Of a stretch of DNA of 64,000 nucleotides, positions 40,007-49,613 are shown in pieces; the first letter of the stretch is position 1; each line of letters opens with the position of its first letter. The notes beneath the pieces were generated by a model. It made no database searches. It saw nothing but the letters and a program-made list of their open reading frames with translations, and was not told where the DNA came from. The stretch is from assembly GCA_963716175.1 (NCBI GenBank), contig OY970296.1, forward strand, positions 1,280,001 through 1,344,000. Reading direction: 5' to 3'. The translations under genes were made by a program, and so were the position numbers. This DNA is from an uncultured Armatimonadetes bacterium. Lineage in GTDB: Bacteria; Armatimonadota; Hebobacteria; Hebobacterales; Hebobacteraceae.

Positions 40007-40791
40007 TGATGAGCGCCTCCACTCCCGATGCCCCCCGCGTCGAGCTCCAGGAGCTTCGCTACCTGATTGATGGCAAACCGGTGCTGAACGGCATTGACCT
40101 GGAGGTGGGCCGGAGCGAGATCGTCGGGATCATGGGCCGAAGCGGCAGCGGTAAGACCACCCTGCTGCGCCTGGTGATGGGGCTGGTGCGGCCTACCAGC
40201 GGGCGGGTGCTGATCAAAGGGCGCGATATTGGGCAGCTCAACGAGGAGCAGTTGGGCGAGGTGCGAGTGGACATGGGGATGGTGTTCCAGGGCGCGGCGC
40301 TGTTCGATTCCATGACGGTGGGGGAGAACGTCGCCTTCGGCCTGGTGGAGCATCGGCGCCTTCCGGGGTCGGAGGTGGCAGGGCGGGTGCGCGCGCTGCT
40401 GGAAATGGTGGCTATGGGTGGAAGCGAGCGGCTGATGCCCGCGCAGCTCTCGGGCGGAATGCGCAAGCGGGTGGGGATCGCGCGGGCGCTGGCGCTGCAG
40501 CCCTCCATCATGCTCTACGACGAGCCCACCGCGGGCCTGGACCCGATCTCGGCGGCGGCGATTGACCACCTCATCCTGCGCCTGTGCGAGCAGTTCCAGG
40601 TGAGCACGCTGATCGCGTCGCATGATGTGGCCAGCCTGCGCCGGGTGTCGGATCGGGCGGCCCTGCTGCACCGGGGCTTGTTCCTGGCGGTGGGGAGAAT
40701 GGCAGAGCTGGAGACGAGTGGTGATCCGGCGATCCAGCAGTTTCTCTCCGGGGCCCCGGAGGGGCCGCTGACTGATGAGGCCGGCGGGTGA
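40006..40791 (+). CDS. mlaF: MlaF family ABC ATPase
   Basis: GRSGSGKT, FQ.AALFDSM, LSGGMRKR and YDEPTAGLDP. Confidence 0.93.
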   Translation: MMSASTPDAPRVELQELRYLIDGKPVLNGIDLEVGRSEIVGIMGRSGSGKTTLLRLVMGLVRPTSGRVLIKGRDIGQLNEEQLGEVRVDMGMVFQGAALFDSMTVGENVAFGLVEHRRLPGSEVAGRVRALLEMVAMGGSERLMPAQLSGGMRKRVGIARALALQPSIMLYDEPTAGLDPISAAAIDHLILRLCEQFQVSTLIASHDVASLRRVSDRAALLHRGLFLAVGRMAELETSGDPAIQQFLSGAPEGPLTDEAGG

Positions 40792-40803
40792 GGAGGTAGC
40801 AAG

Positions 40804-42186
40804 GTGCGCACAGGAGCGGAGGTCAAAGTCGGGCTGATCACCCTGCTCGCAGTCGCCCTGCTGATCCTGTTCAGCATCTACATCACCGGGATTGGCTTTG
40901 GGGCCCACACCTACACCGTCTACGCGACCTTCGGGAATGCCCGGGGCATTGAGCGGGGAGATCCGGTGCAGATGGTGGGGGTGAAGATCGGTGAGGTGCG
41001 GTTGGTGAGCATCACCCCCTCTCGCAAGGCTCAGGTCACCCTGGAGATCGGGCGGCAGTACCGTCTCTATAAGAACTACGTGGTCCAGATATCCACCGCG
41101 GGCCTGATCCAGGAGCGCTTCATTGATGTCATCCCGGTCAAGCCCGGCGAGGAAGGGCCGGAACTGTCGGACCAGGCGACAATCCAGGGGGTGACCGCGC
41201 CCGACCTGGCCGACATGCTGAGAACGGGGCAGGAGGTGCTGACCAACCTGGACCGCACCACCCGGGAGCTACAGGTGGCGTTAAGCGACAAGCAGCTCCT
41301 GGGAGGGGTGAAACGCGCGCTGGAGAGCTTCACCAAGGCGGCTGATGCCACACGGCAGGCGGCCACGGTCGCGGCGGCGGTGGCGAAGGAGTCGGAGCCA
41401 GCGACAATGACCATTCTCGCCCAACTGAGGGCGGCGGCCGCGCACCTGGAGGCCACCACCCGGGCGGTAGAGGCGAAGGTGGCGCAGGGGACAACGCTGG
41501 AAGACTTGCAGGCGGCGGCGCGCAGCGCGCGGGAGGCCAGCGCGAACTCCGAGCGCCTCACCGCGAACCTGGCCGACATGGTCTCTGACCCGACGGTGAA
41601 GCTCGAGCTGCGCACCACCCTGGCGAATATCCATGAGGCCTCTATGTCTCTGAAGAAGATCGGGGCCGACCTGGAGGTGTTCTCCGGGAAGCTGCGGGAG
41701 GCGGCGCCGTCCGTGCCGGCCGTGATGAAGGAGGCGGAGCAGGTGGCAACCTCGGCCGAGCAGATCAGGGAACGCCTGAAGCCTCCCGAGATCCACGGCA
41801 ACTTCAGCGTGGCATACAGCGGAAAGGCGGGCCGCAGCTTCTCCACCGGCAGCCTCGATTTCAGCACCAGCCCGGGCCGCTTCCTGCGCCTGGGCATAGA
41901 CGACATCGGGGAGGGGAGCAACGTCAACATCCAGTTGGCGGAGCGTCAGCGGCTGGGCGTGCTCCGGTATGGGCTGGTGCGGTCGCGGCTGGGGCTGGGC
42001 TTTGACCTGGGGCGGCCGCATCGCGCCATCCTCTCGGTGGACATTTTCGACCCCAACCAACTGCGGGCCGACGTGTTGGCAGACGTCCCGCTTATCCTGG
42101 GGGCCACGGACTGGGGGATACTGGTTGGGATGCGTGATGTGGGCGGGGACAATCTGTTCGTGGCCGGAGCGCAGGCGAGAAGGTAG
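40804..42186 (+). CDS. mlaD: Long MlaD/MCE protein with helical stalk and C-terminal beta domain
   Basis: N-terminal TM; MCE motif G.PV...GV.IG.V; long coiled-coil; beta-rich C-terminus. Confidence 0.85.
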   Translation: MRTGAEVKVGLITLLAVALLILFSIYITGIGFGAHTYTVYATFGNARGIERGDPVQMVGVKIGEVRLVSITPSRKAQVTLEIGRQYRLYKNYVVQISTAGLIQERFIDVIPVKPGEEGPELSDQATIQGVTAPDLADMLRTGQEVLTNLDRTTRELQVALSDKQLLGGVKRALESFTKAADATRQAATVAAAVAKESEPATMTILAQLRAAAAHLEATTRAVEAKVAQGTTLEDLQAAARSAREASANSERLTANLADMVSDPTVKLELRTTLANIHEASMSLKKIGADLEVFSGKLREAAPSVPAVMKEAEQVATSAEQIRERLKPPEIHGNFSVAYSGKAGRSFSTGSLDFSTSPGRFLRLGIDDIGEGSNVNIQLAERQRLGVLRYGLVRSRLGLGFDLGRPHRAILSVDIFDPNQLRADVLADVPLILGATDWGILVGMRDVGGDNLFVAGAQARR

Positions 42187-42279
42187 AATGGAAGGCGGTA
42201 AGTCTGGTGCATTCGAGGGGGGAGGGAGAGCGGAAGGCATACTGTGGACGGCTGCCGTACCAGATAGTAGGAGGCAGGG

Positions 42280-43122
42280 ATGGCGGTTGCGCGGGTTGCG
42301 ATTGCACATGGTGAGGACCCTCGGGCCCTGGTGAGCGAGGCGCTGGAGAAGATCCAGGCGCGCCAGGTGGTGAAGCGGAACCAGCGCGTGGTGGTGAAGC
42401 CCAACTACGTGGAGCCGATGAGGCCGGACGACGGAGTGACCACTGACCCCCGGGTGATCGGCGCGGTGGTGGAGTGGCTCCAGGCGCTCGGGGTGAAAGA
42501 TATCACGATTGCGGAGAGCACCTGGGACAAGGATCGCACCGACCGCGCCTTCCGCCTGGTGGGGCTGCCCAAGCTGGCCGAGCGCCTGGGGGTGAGGCTG
42601 CTCAACCTCTGCGAAGACGAGCAGGTTGAGGTCAAGATCCCGGATGCTCACTCGCTGCACAAGGTGCTGCTGGCCCGGACCGTCCTGGAGGCCGACTGCC
42701 TGATCAGCCTGCCCAAGCTCAAGTGCCACTGCATGGCCTACGTCACCCTGGGGATCAAGAATCTGATGGGCGCGGTGTTCCCGGACAAGGCGCTGATGCA
42801 CCGCGATCTGCACCAGCGGCTGGCCGACCTGGCGAGCGTGCTGCGGGCCAAGCTCACCGTGATAGACGGCCTGATCGGAAGCGAACGCCACGAGACCTCG
42901 GGCTCGCCGGTGAAGACCGATGTCATCATCGCCGGCCGCGACCCGGTGGCGACGGATGCGGTGGGGGCAATGGTGATGGGCATCGACCCGACCAGGGTGG
43001 AGCACCTGCGGCTGTGCGCGGAGCGGGGGCTGGGCGAGTATCGGCCGGAGAAGATCGAGATCGTAGGCGCGCCGCTGGAGAAGGTGCAGAAGAAGTACCG
43101 ACAGCCGGGAGGGTTTGGGTAG
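42280..43122 (+). CDS. DUF362 domain protein
   Basis: VVKPN, TTDP, PKLKCH, T.GIKN.MG and DPVA.D. Confidence 0.9.
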   Translation: MAVARVAIAHGEDPRALVSEALEKIQARQVVKRNQRVVVKPNYVEPMRPDDGVTTDPRVIGAVVEWLQALGVKDITIAESTWDKDRTDRAFRLVGLPKLAERLGVRLLNLCEDEQVEVKIPDAHSLHKVLLARTVLEADCLISLPKLKCHCMAYVTLGIKNLMGAVFPDKALMHRDLHQRLADLASVLRAKLTVIDGLIGSERHETSGSPVKTDVIIAGRDPVATDAVGAMVMGIDPTRVEHLRLCAERGLGEYRPEKIEIVGAPLEKVQKKYRQPGGFG

Positions 43123-43138
43123 CGCCTTCCTCCCGGCA

Positions 43139-43182
43139 TTGACAGAGAGTGCTCCCAAGTGTACAGTCTATGTGTACACTTG
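43139..43182 (+). promoter_or_regulatory. Toxin-antitoxin promoter with overlapping palindromic operator
   Basis: TTGACA-17nt-TACAGT; inverted repeat CAAGTGTACA-N7-TGTACACTTG (43156-43182). Confidence 0.75.
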
Positions 43183-43194
43183 AGGGAGAGCAAT

Positions 43195-43443
43195 ATGAAG
43201 GCATCAATGTTGGATCTGCGGCGGCGGATGAGAGAAGTGCTAGCGGCCCTGGATCGCAACGAGCCAGTGACCATCACCTACCGGGGCAAGGACAAGGCAA
43301 TCATGTACCCGGTGCGCAAGCGCTCCCCGATGCGCGCGAGCGAGCATCCATCGTTTGGGATGTGGCGCGATCGCGAGGACATGCAGGACGTCGAGGCCTA
43401 TATCCGCAAGCTCCGCAAGCCGCGCATAGATGCTCTTCGATAG
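43195..43443 (+). CDS. Phd/YefM-type antitoxin (VapB partner)
   Basis: DLRR....VL......EPV.IT.RGK; FGMW.DR.D; overlaps the PIN gene. Confidence 0.85.
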   Translation: MKASMLDLRRRMREVLAALDRNEPVTITYRGKDKAIMYPVRKRSPMRASEHPSFGMWRDREDMQDVEAYIRKLRKPRIDALR

Positions 43444-43807
43444 CGACATCCTGGTCTGGCATTACCGCGGCAATAAGGCCGTGGATGACGTGATTGACGA
43501 AACCCAGGAGCGTGCCATCTCGGTCGTCACGTACATGGAACTGCTGCGCGGCGCCCACGACAAGGAAGGGCTGACGCGCGTCAAGAGTTTCATCGCGGAT
43601 TTCGCGTTCGAGGTACTTCCGCTGACCGAGAGCATCGGCCACCGCGCCGTGTTCTACGTGGAGACTTACGGGCTGAAGGCAAACCTGGGCATCGCCGACG
43701 CCCTCATCGCTGCCACGGCCGCCGAGCACAACCTCACGCTGTGCACCGCGAACCGGAAGCACTACGCGCCGATCAGCGACCTGCGGCTGAGGATGGTGCG
43801 AGTGTAA
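43430..43807 (+). CDS. vapC: VapC PIN-domain toxin
   Basis: FDSDIL, ELL.G, DALIAATA and T.NRKHY. Confidence 0.9.
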   Translation: MLFDSDILVWHYRGNKAVDDVIDETQERAISVVTYMELLRGAHDKEGLTRVKSFIADFAFEVLPLTESIGHRAVFYVETYGLKANLGIADALIAATAAEHNLTLCTANRKHYAPISDLRLRMVRV

Positions 43808-43814
43808 AGCAGAG

Positions 43815-43847
43815 CTGCATGGCAGGAGACCAGCTCCTGCCATGCAG
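43815..43847. repeat. REP-like palindrome, copy 4 (extended stem)
   Basis: CTGCATGGCAGGAG-ACCAG-CTCCTGCCATGCAG. Confidence 0.65.
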
Positions 43848-43876
43848 TGCAGCCGCCGCCCACAGGAATGCCGCCG

Positions 43877-44999
43877 CTACAGGCTCTGCAGCAACTCCAG
43901 CATCTTGCGATCCAGCTTGTGACCGTGGAAGTCTTCGTAGGCGACGTCGGCGCGGCCGGAGTCCAGGAGGCCGAAGGAGCCGCGGAGGTTCCAGACGCCG
44001 TAGCCGATGTTGTGCTCCTTCAACAGCTCCAGGGTGTCGCGCAGCCAACCCAGGGCCACCGGGTGCGGGGTCTTGTTGTAGACGCCGCCTTCGTTGAAGT
44101 GCACGCCGACGCCGCGGTCGGCCAGCTCGAACCAGGGCCGGAGGTGCTCCACCAGCACGCCGCGATCCCAGCGCCGGCCGCCTGTGAGCACGCCCGGCCA
44201 GGCCGGCTCTGGCGCGTTCTTCGCCTCCGCGCCCGCCCATTCCGCGCGGTAGTGGGTGAGGAGGTGGGGCGCGTAGAAGTGGCCACTCTGCCGCGATGCC
44301 GAGGTCGGCCAGCTCCGGGCAGGGCTCACTCGCCCACTCCAGGCCGTCCGCGATCATGAGGCGATCGGGTGCGATCTCGCGGATGGCGGCAACCACTTTG
44401 CGGATGACGTTGGCGTGCTCCTCCCGGGTCATCTTCCCGATCTCCAGCGCGGGCTCATTGAGCAAGTTGAAGGAGAGCTGCGAGTTCGGAATGCTCTGGT
44501 AGCGCCTGGCGTACACCTGCCAGAGATGGCAGAAGGCGCGCTGCGCCTCCTCGTCCTTCCACAGGTCGTAGCCACCCACATCCTCTGAGGTGTGGTAGGC
44601 ATAGCCAGGGGCAGTATGCATATCGAGACACGCATGCAGCTTGTACTTGCGAGCCAGCTCCAGCCCGCGGTCCACTTCCGCGAGAGCGCGCTCATTGGCC
44701 TGGTAGCAGTCGTCGTCCTTCACCACCAGTTGGTAGGCGACAGAGATGCGGGCGTAGTCGAATCCCCAGTCCGCGATCCACTTGAAGTCGTCCTCTCGGA
44801 ACGGCTGGTAGCGGCCGGAGTGGAACATGTTGTGCACGTTGAACCCACGCCAGCGCGGCAGCACGGTCTGAGTCATCAGTCTCTCCTTTCTCAGTCTGGG
44901 CACGCGAGCCGCTTTCGAGGAGCAACCCAGCGCTCCTGCTGCCAACAGGCCCGTGGCCGCGGCCCGCGTCAGGAACTCCCTCCGCGTGAGTCGAGTCAT
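43877..44999 (-). CDS. GH5 glycoside hydrolase, Tat-exported lipoprotein; apparent 1-nt frameshift at about 44291
   Basis: TRREFL plus ALGC; RWRGFN, LD.H.APG and NLLNEP in one frame; H.Y.P, NEGG and WN.RG.FG in the next. Confidence 0.85.
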
Positions 45000-45042
45000 G
45001 TCTCCTCACCGGCCCACCACGGCCATCCCGGCGACTGCCAAC

Positions 45043-46227
45043 CTACCCCAGTCTCCTCTCTCCGGCAGGGGTCTGCCAGATCGGCATGGCAACATCCGTG
45101 CAGAGCTGGATGACGAGGAGCTCGAGGGCGAGCGCGGGGTCGGTCACTTTCCCCTGAATCCCCTTGAGCGCGAGGTCGCAGGCGAGCAGGGCGCGCATGG
45201 CCTGGGCTAGCTGCTCCCAGGAGAAGGCCGCGGCCTGGGGCATGGTGCGACGGGCGAGCCAGGGGCGGCGGGCGAACACGGCGAGGACGTTCTTCCTGGG
45301 ATCCTGCGGCAGCAGGCTGGCGATCTCGTCATCAACCTGCGCAGGCTGCGAACCTGCCCTGCGGCTGGCCTGGTCAGGCTGCGCGGGTCCCGTGCTGCCG
45401 GGGCGCCAGCCGCGTTCCAGCAGGAGCTTGGTCTGCCAGATCACCCGGAGCGACTGGGCAAGTAGGGCGAGCAGTCGCTGCGGTTCCTCCCGGCGGTCAG
45501 CCAACAGGCTGCGCAAGATGCGGACCGCCCGCGCCGGGCTGCGCTTGCCCACGGCCTCGACCAAGCCCCACACGTCCTCTTCCACCAACTGGGGGGTGAC
45601 GGTGTCCACATCGGCGGTGGTGATGACGGGGGCCTCGCCCACGAACAGGCAGAGCTTCTCCACCTCGGACTCGATCTCGGCCAGGCCGGTGCCGACCTTT
45701 TGCTCGGCCAGCTTACGCGCGGCAGCAGGCGCGAGCTTCTTCCCCCACAGCTTGGCCCGGTCCACGGCCCAGGCCGCGGCCTGGGCCACCTTCATGCTGG
45801 GGAACTCGATGGCAAGGCCGGCCTGCTCCAGGGCGCGCTGCAATCGGGGGCGGAGGGCGCGACCGGACCGGCGCTCACCGGTCTCGGCGGTGACCAGAAT
45901 CACGGACACGCCCGGCAGCAGCGGCCCCACCTCTTTCACCAGGTGATCTTGCTCCGGCGCGGGGATGCGATCCGCGGCCTGCACGACGATCACCCGGGGC
46001 CCACCGAAGAGTGCGCCGGTCTGGCAGCGGCGGAGCAGATCGCGGGCGGTGAGGGCAGGCCCATCGAGGACCTCCCAGCTCGGCTCCTCACCCCCGGCGC
46101 TGACCTCGGCCCGCATCCGCGCCAGCGCCTCTCGTTTGAGGTGGTGCTCGGGACCGAACAGCAGACACCAGGTGCCGAGGCAGGTGAAGTCTTTGGCCTG
46201 CGCGTAGTCGCGGTAAGGGAGCTTCAT
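45043..46227 (-). CDS. holA: DNA polymerase III delta subunit
   Basis: LLFG.E, LFG..RVI.V, E.EKL.LF and D.ALKG...LELL. Confidence 0.85.
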   Translation of the reverse strand: MKLPYRDYAQAKDFTCLGTWCLLFGPEHHLKREALARMRAEVSAGGEEPSWEVLDGPALTARDLLRRCQTGALFGGPRVIVVQAADRIPAPEQDHLVKEVGPLLPGVSVILVTAETGERRSGRALRPRLQRALEQAGLAIEFPSMKVAQAAAWAVDRAKLWGKKLAPAAARKLAEQKVGTGLAEIESEVEKLCLFVGEAPVITTADVDTVTPQLVEEDVWGLVEAVGKRSPARAVRILRSLLADRREEPQRLLALLAQSLRVIWQTKLLLERGWRPGSTGPAQPDQASRRAGSQPAQVDDEIASLLPQDPRKNVLAVFARRPWLARRTMPQAAAFSWEQLAQAMRALLACDLALKGIQGKVTDPALALELLVIQLCTDVAMPIWQTPAGERRLG

Positions 46228-46829
46228 GGCCCTGCGCCTTCCGGGTCGGCCCGCGCTGCCGGCTTCGCGCCCAGGCCGAAGCTGCCCAGGCCCTGGAGTA
46301 TCAGCCAGCACGCGCCGAGGGTGACAAAGACATCGCCGATGCTGCCCGGGGTGAACCAGCGCGGCCGGGGAAAGAGCACAGGCAAGCGCTGCACGTCGGC
46401 CAGGGGCCTGAGCCGGGTGGCCGGCGTGATGGGTTTGTGGGTGACATAGGCGGGCGAATCCAGCAACTGGACGAGGCCGGTGTTGCCGGCCCGCACCGCC
46501 AAGTCGCGGTCCACCGGCATGGTCCCGCCATTGGCCGCGATCACCAGGAAGTTGAGGAAGACGCCGGCGGCGGCGAGGCGCATTCCCCAGAGATGCCGGT
46601 TGAGGAACAGCCCAGCCAGCAGGAAGAGATAGGCGGCGATGTTGGCCGGGCCCCCGAGCGTGGCGCTCAGCGCCACACCCCGCCAACCTAGGATGGCCAC
46701 CCCGATCTTGCCCAGGGCGGCGAGGATGAACAAGCTCGGCCACCGGAGGTCGAATGCGCGCAGGCGGTTCATGCGTCCGCCGGCGAGAACGCCCACCACC
46801 AGAGTCAGCAGGGCGGCATCGAAGAGCAT
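46224..46829 (-). CDS. DUF5317 family membrane protein
   Basis: G..LN..VIAANGG.MPV; L..LAD; SIGDV. Confidence 0.85.
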   Translation of the reverse strand: MLFDAALLTLVVGVLAGGRMNRLRAFDLRWPSLFILAALGKIGVAILGWRGVALSATLGGPANIAAYLFLLAGLFLNRHLWGMRLAAAGVFLNFLVIAANGGTMPVDRDLAVRAGNTGLVQLLDSPAYVTHKPITPATRLRPLADVQRLPVLFPRPRWFTPGSIGDVFVTLGACWLILQGLGSFGLGAKPAARADPEGAGP

Positions 46830-46912
46830 CTGCGAAGCTTTCCTGTCCGCAGAGGTTCGGCGGTCATGGCGGGATTACCTGGAATCGGCCCGCGCCACGG
46901 CCGCGGTTCTGA

Positions 46913-48013
46913 TCAATGATGCGCCGAAACGACCCTGGTCAGGACATATCCCAGGAAGAGCAGCCACCACAGCAGGCCCAAGGCCAGAGGCCAGGGGGTG
47001 AGAGCCCGGCCCCGGCCGGCCGCGACGACCGCGAACAGGAGGAGGGCGCTGCCGAGCGCGATCAGGGCGGAGAGCAGAGCAGCACTGCCGACCGGGGTGA
47101 GGCCGAACTGCCAGCGGGTGAGCAGGATGCCCAGGATCACCGGGAAGGTGGCTTGGAAGACCATGGCGCCGGTGATATTGCCCAGGGCCAGGGTGTCTTT
47201 ACTCTGGCGCACCCACACCACCGAGTTGAACTTTTCGGGAAGCTCAGTGGCGAGAGGAGCAACGATGAGCGCGATCACCAGGGGCGGGAAGCCGACGGCG
47301 GCGGAGAGCTCCCGGACTGAGTCCACGAAGATATAGGCGCCACCGACAATGAGGCTGAGGGCCAGCAACACCTGGGACCCGACGGCGCGCAGCCGCGGGC
47401 CCCGCTCCGCAAGGCTTCGCCTGCGCTCACGGTGCCGGGCGCGGTCGGCCGGCGGGAGCAGAGGCAGGGCGGCCCACACCAGGTTGAGCAGCAACGGCTC
47501 TTCCTTCTCACCCTCCTGGCTCTCTCGCAGGTTGAGATAGACGTAGTAGCTGTAGCAGAGCAGCAGTGCGACGGCCGTCAGCGGGCGCGCCCAATGCCCC
47601 CGGGGTGTGAAGCTGACCGCGATGGCCGTGGTGTAGAGGGGAAGGAAGAACCCGAGGTCGCGGGTGGCCACCTTGCGGTTGAGGGCGAGACGCCAGCCCT
47701 GCTGGCGCCGCCGGCGATAGCCCCAGGCGGCGAGCGCGGTGACGAAGAAGGCGAGCGTGGAGAGCATGAAAGGGGCACCCAGGATGGCGCCCAGGCCGAT
47801 CTCGTGGCTGTCCTCCTCGCGGAACAGCACCAGCGCGACGAAGGGGATGAGGGTCTCGGGCAGCGCGGTGCCCACCGCAGCCAGCACACTTCCCACCGCC
47901 GCCTCGGAGAGACGCAGCCGCACGCCGAGCCATTCCACGCCATTGGTGAAGAGCTCGGAGCCGACGATGATGACGAGGAAGCTGAGCAGCAGTTGGACGA
48001 TGTTGGGCGCCAT
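46913..48013 (-). CDS. Sodium:calcium antiporter (CaCA family)
   Basis: Alpha repeats GTALPE and ATELPE; GNITG. Confidence 0.9.
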   Translation of the reverse strand: MAPNIVQLLLSFLVIIVGSELFTNGVEWLGVRLRLSEAAVGSVLAAVGTALPETLIPFVALVLFREEDSHEIGLGAILGAPFMLSTLAFFVTALAAWGYRRRRQQGWRLALNRKVATRDLGFFLPLYTTAIAVSFTPRGHWARPLTAVALLLCYSYYVYLNLRESQEGEKEEPLLLNLVWAALPLLPPADRARHRERRRSLAERGPRLRAVGSQVLLALSLIVGGAYIFVDSVRELSAAVGFPPLVIALIVAPLATELPEKFNSVVWVRQSKDTLALGNITGAMVFQATFPVILGILLTRWQFGLTPVGSAALLSALIALGSALLLFAVVAAGRGRALTPWPLALGLLWWLLFLGYVLTRVVSAHH

Positions 48014-48091
48014 GCGCGGACTGGTATTCGGTGAGCGGCGGCGATGTGCCTGCCGCGGCAGGGGGACGCGGGGATCCGCAGATGTCGCAGA

Positions 48092-49414
48092 TTACGCAGA
48101 CGAACTGCTGGACTGGGTGCGCTGCAGCAAGAGCAAAGCGACCACGGCCGAGAGAGTGAGGAGGGCGGCGGCGAGGTAGAACGGAGAGCGGAGGTTCAAG
48201 TCCCACAGATAACCGCCTGCCAGGGGACCGAGGAAGGCCCCGGCACCTTGCGCGGTGGCCACCAACCCCATGATCCGACCGGTCGCGCCAGCAGGCGCCA
48301 GGTCAGAGACCAAGGCGAGCCAGGCGGGCAGACCGAGCATGAACCCGAGCATCACCAGCACGCCCGCCACCGCCAGTGGCAGCAGCGCGCGGCAGCACGG
48401 CAGGGCCCACAGAGCAGCTGCGCTGACGCAGAGGGCGAACTGGACCACGCGGCGCTTGGGCCAGCGATCGGCCAGATGGCCCAGCGGGATGCCAAGCAAC
48501 CCGGCGGGTACGAAAAGGGCTACCAGCAGGAAGCCGACGCTCTCCCGGGGGATGTCCACCACTCTCTGCACATAGGGAGCGAGGTACGGGGCAAGGGTGC
48601 CGGTGGCGAACATCTCACTCAGGGTGATCAGCATGATGATGGCGATCACCCGCGCCCGGGGCCATCCCCCGGCCTGCGTGACAGGTCCTGCACCTTGGCG
48701 TGACGGTGCTTGCCCGTCTGCGGAAGCTTCGGCAGGCAAGCCGCGCGCCTGCTCGGCACGGGCAGGCAGGGTCGAGGCCACCGCAGCGCCAGCGGCGGCG
48801 GCGATCACCACCATCACGAAAGGGGCCCTGCTCTCAAAGCCGGAGGGCAGGCTGCTGGCCTGCGCCAGCCATCTCCATAGAGTCATGGCCGCGCCGGCGA
48901 GCGCGGGGCCGAAGGCGAGGCCGGTGAGGTAGGCGGTGTTCATGACGCTCATCGCCAGCCCGCGCTCGCGGCTGGGCACATGGTCCGGCACCCCGGCGAA
49001 GAGGGGCGGCCAGAAGGAGGCAGCGCCCGCGCCATCCACCGCCCGCAGGGGCATGAGCAGGAGGTAGATCAGCAGGGGGAGCGCGATGAGGACTCGAGGT
49101 GGCACCAGGCAGATGGCCAGGGCCGTGCTGGCCGACACGGCGATCCCCATGATCACGAAGGGCCGCCGACCATGGCGATCGGAGAGGTGGCCGAAGGGGA
49201 GCTTGAGCAGCATCTCGGCGATCAGGAACGTCGAGACCAGCAGACCGAGAGTGCGGCCCGGCTGGTGCAGGTCGTCGAGCATGTAGAAGGGCAAGGAGAA
49301 GTTGTTGACCGAGGACTGCACAATCTCGCCGAGCGCCACGACCAGCGCCATCCGGCCGAGCACGGGGTAGCGGCGGAAGACGGCGAGGTAGGTGCGGTGG
49401 AGGAGGTCGAGCAT
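48092..49414 (-). CDS. MFS transporter
   Basis: G.LSDRHGRR and G.LADRW; about 12 TM helices. Confidence 0.9.
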   Translation of the reverse strand: MLDLLHRTYLAVFRRYPVLGRMALVVALGEIVQSSVNNFSLPFYMLDDLHQPGRTLGLLVSTFLIAEMLLKLPFGHLSDRHGRRPFVIMGIAVSASTALAICLVPPRVLIALPLLIYLLLMPLRAVDGAGAASFWPPLFAGVPDHVPSRERGLAMSVMNTAYLTGLAFGPALAGAAMTLWRWLAQASSLPSGFESRAPFVMVVIAAAAGAAVASTLPARAEQARGLPAEASADGQAPSRQGAGPVTQAGGWPRARVIAIIMLITLSEMFATGTLAPYLAPYVQRVVDIPRESVGFLLVALFVPAGLLGIPLGHLADRWPKRRVVQFALCVSAAALWALPCCRALLPLAVAGVLVMLGFMLGLPAWLALVSDLAPAGATGRIMGLVATAQGAGAFLGPLAGGYLWDLNLRSPFYLAAALLTLSAVVALLLLQRTQSSSSSA

Positions 49415-49478
49415 GGGGTGCTAGTCTTCGACAGAGGGCCGGCCGGTCCTATGAGAAGGGACGCGGGCCGGGCCGGCA

Positions 49479-49606
49479 GGCGGGCATGCGGAGATGGCTA
49501 GGTCGCCTGGGCGACCGCTGGCTAAGCCCGCCTTCGGCGGGCCGCCATCCCGGCCTTCAGGCCTAGGGACATGGCGGCTCACGGCCTAGCCACATGCCCG
49601 CCCTAC
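49479..49606. repeat. REPIN-like long imperfect palindrome
   Basis: GGCGGGCATG...TGGCTAGG / CCTAGCCA-CATGCCCGCC-CTAC with internal hairpins. Confidence 0.55.
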
Positions 49607-49613
49607 AGGGCCC

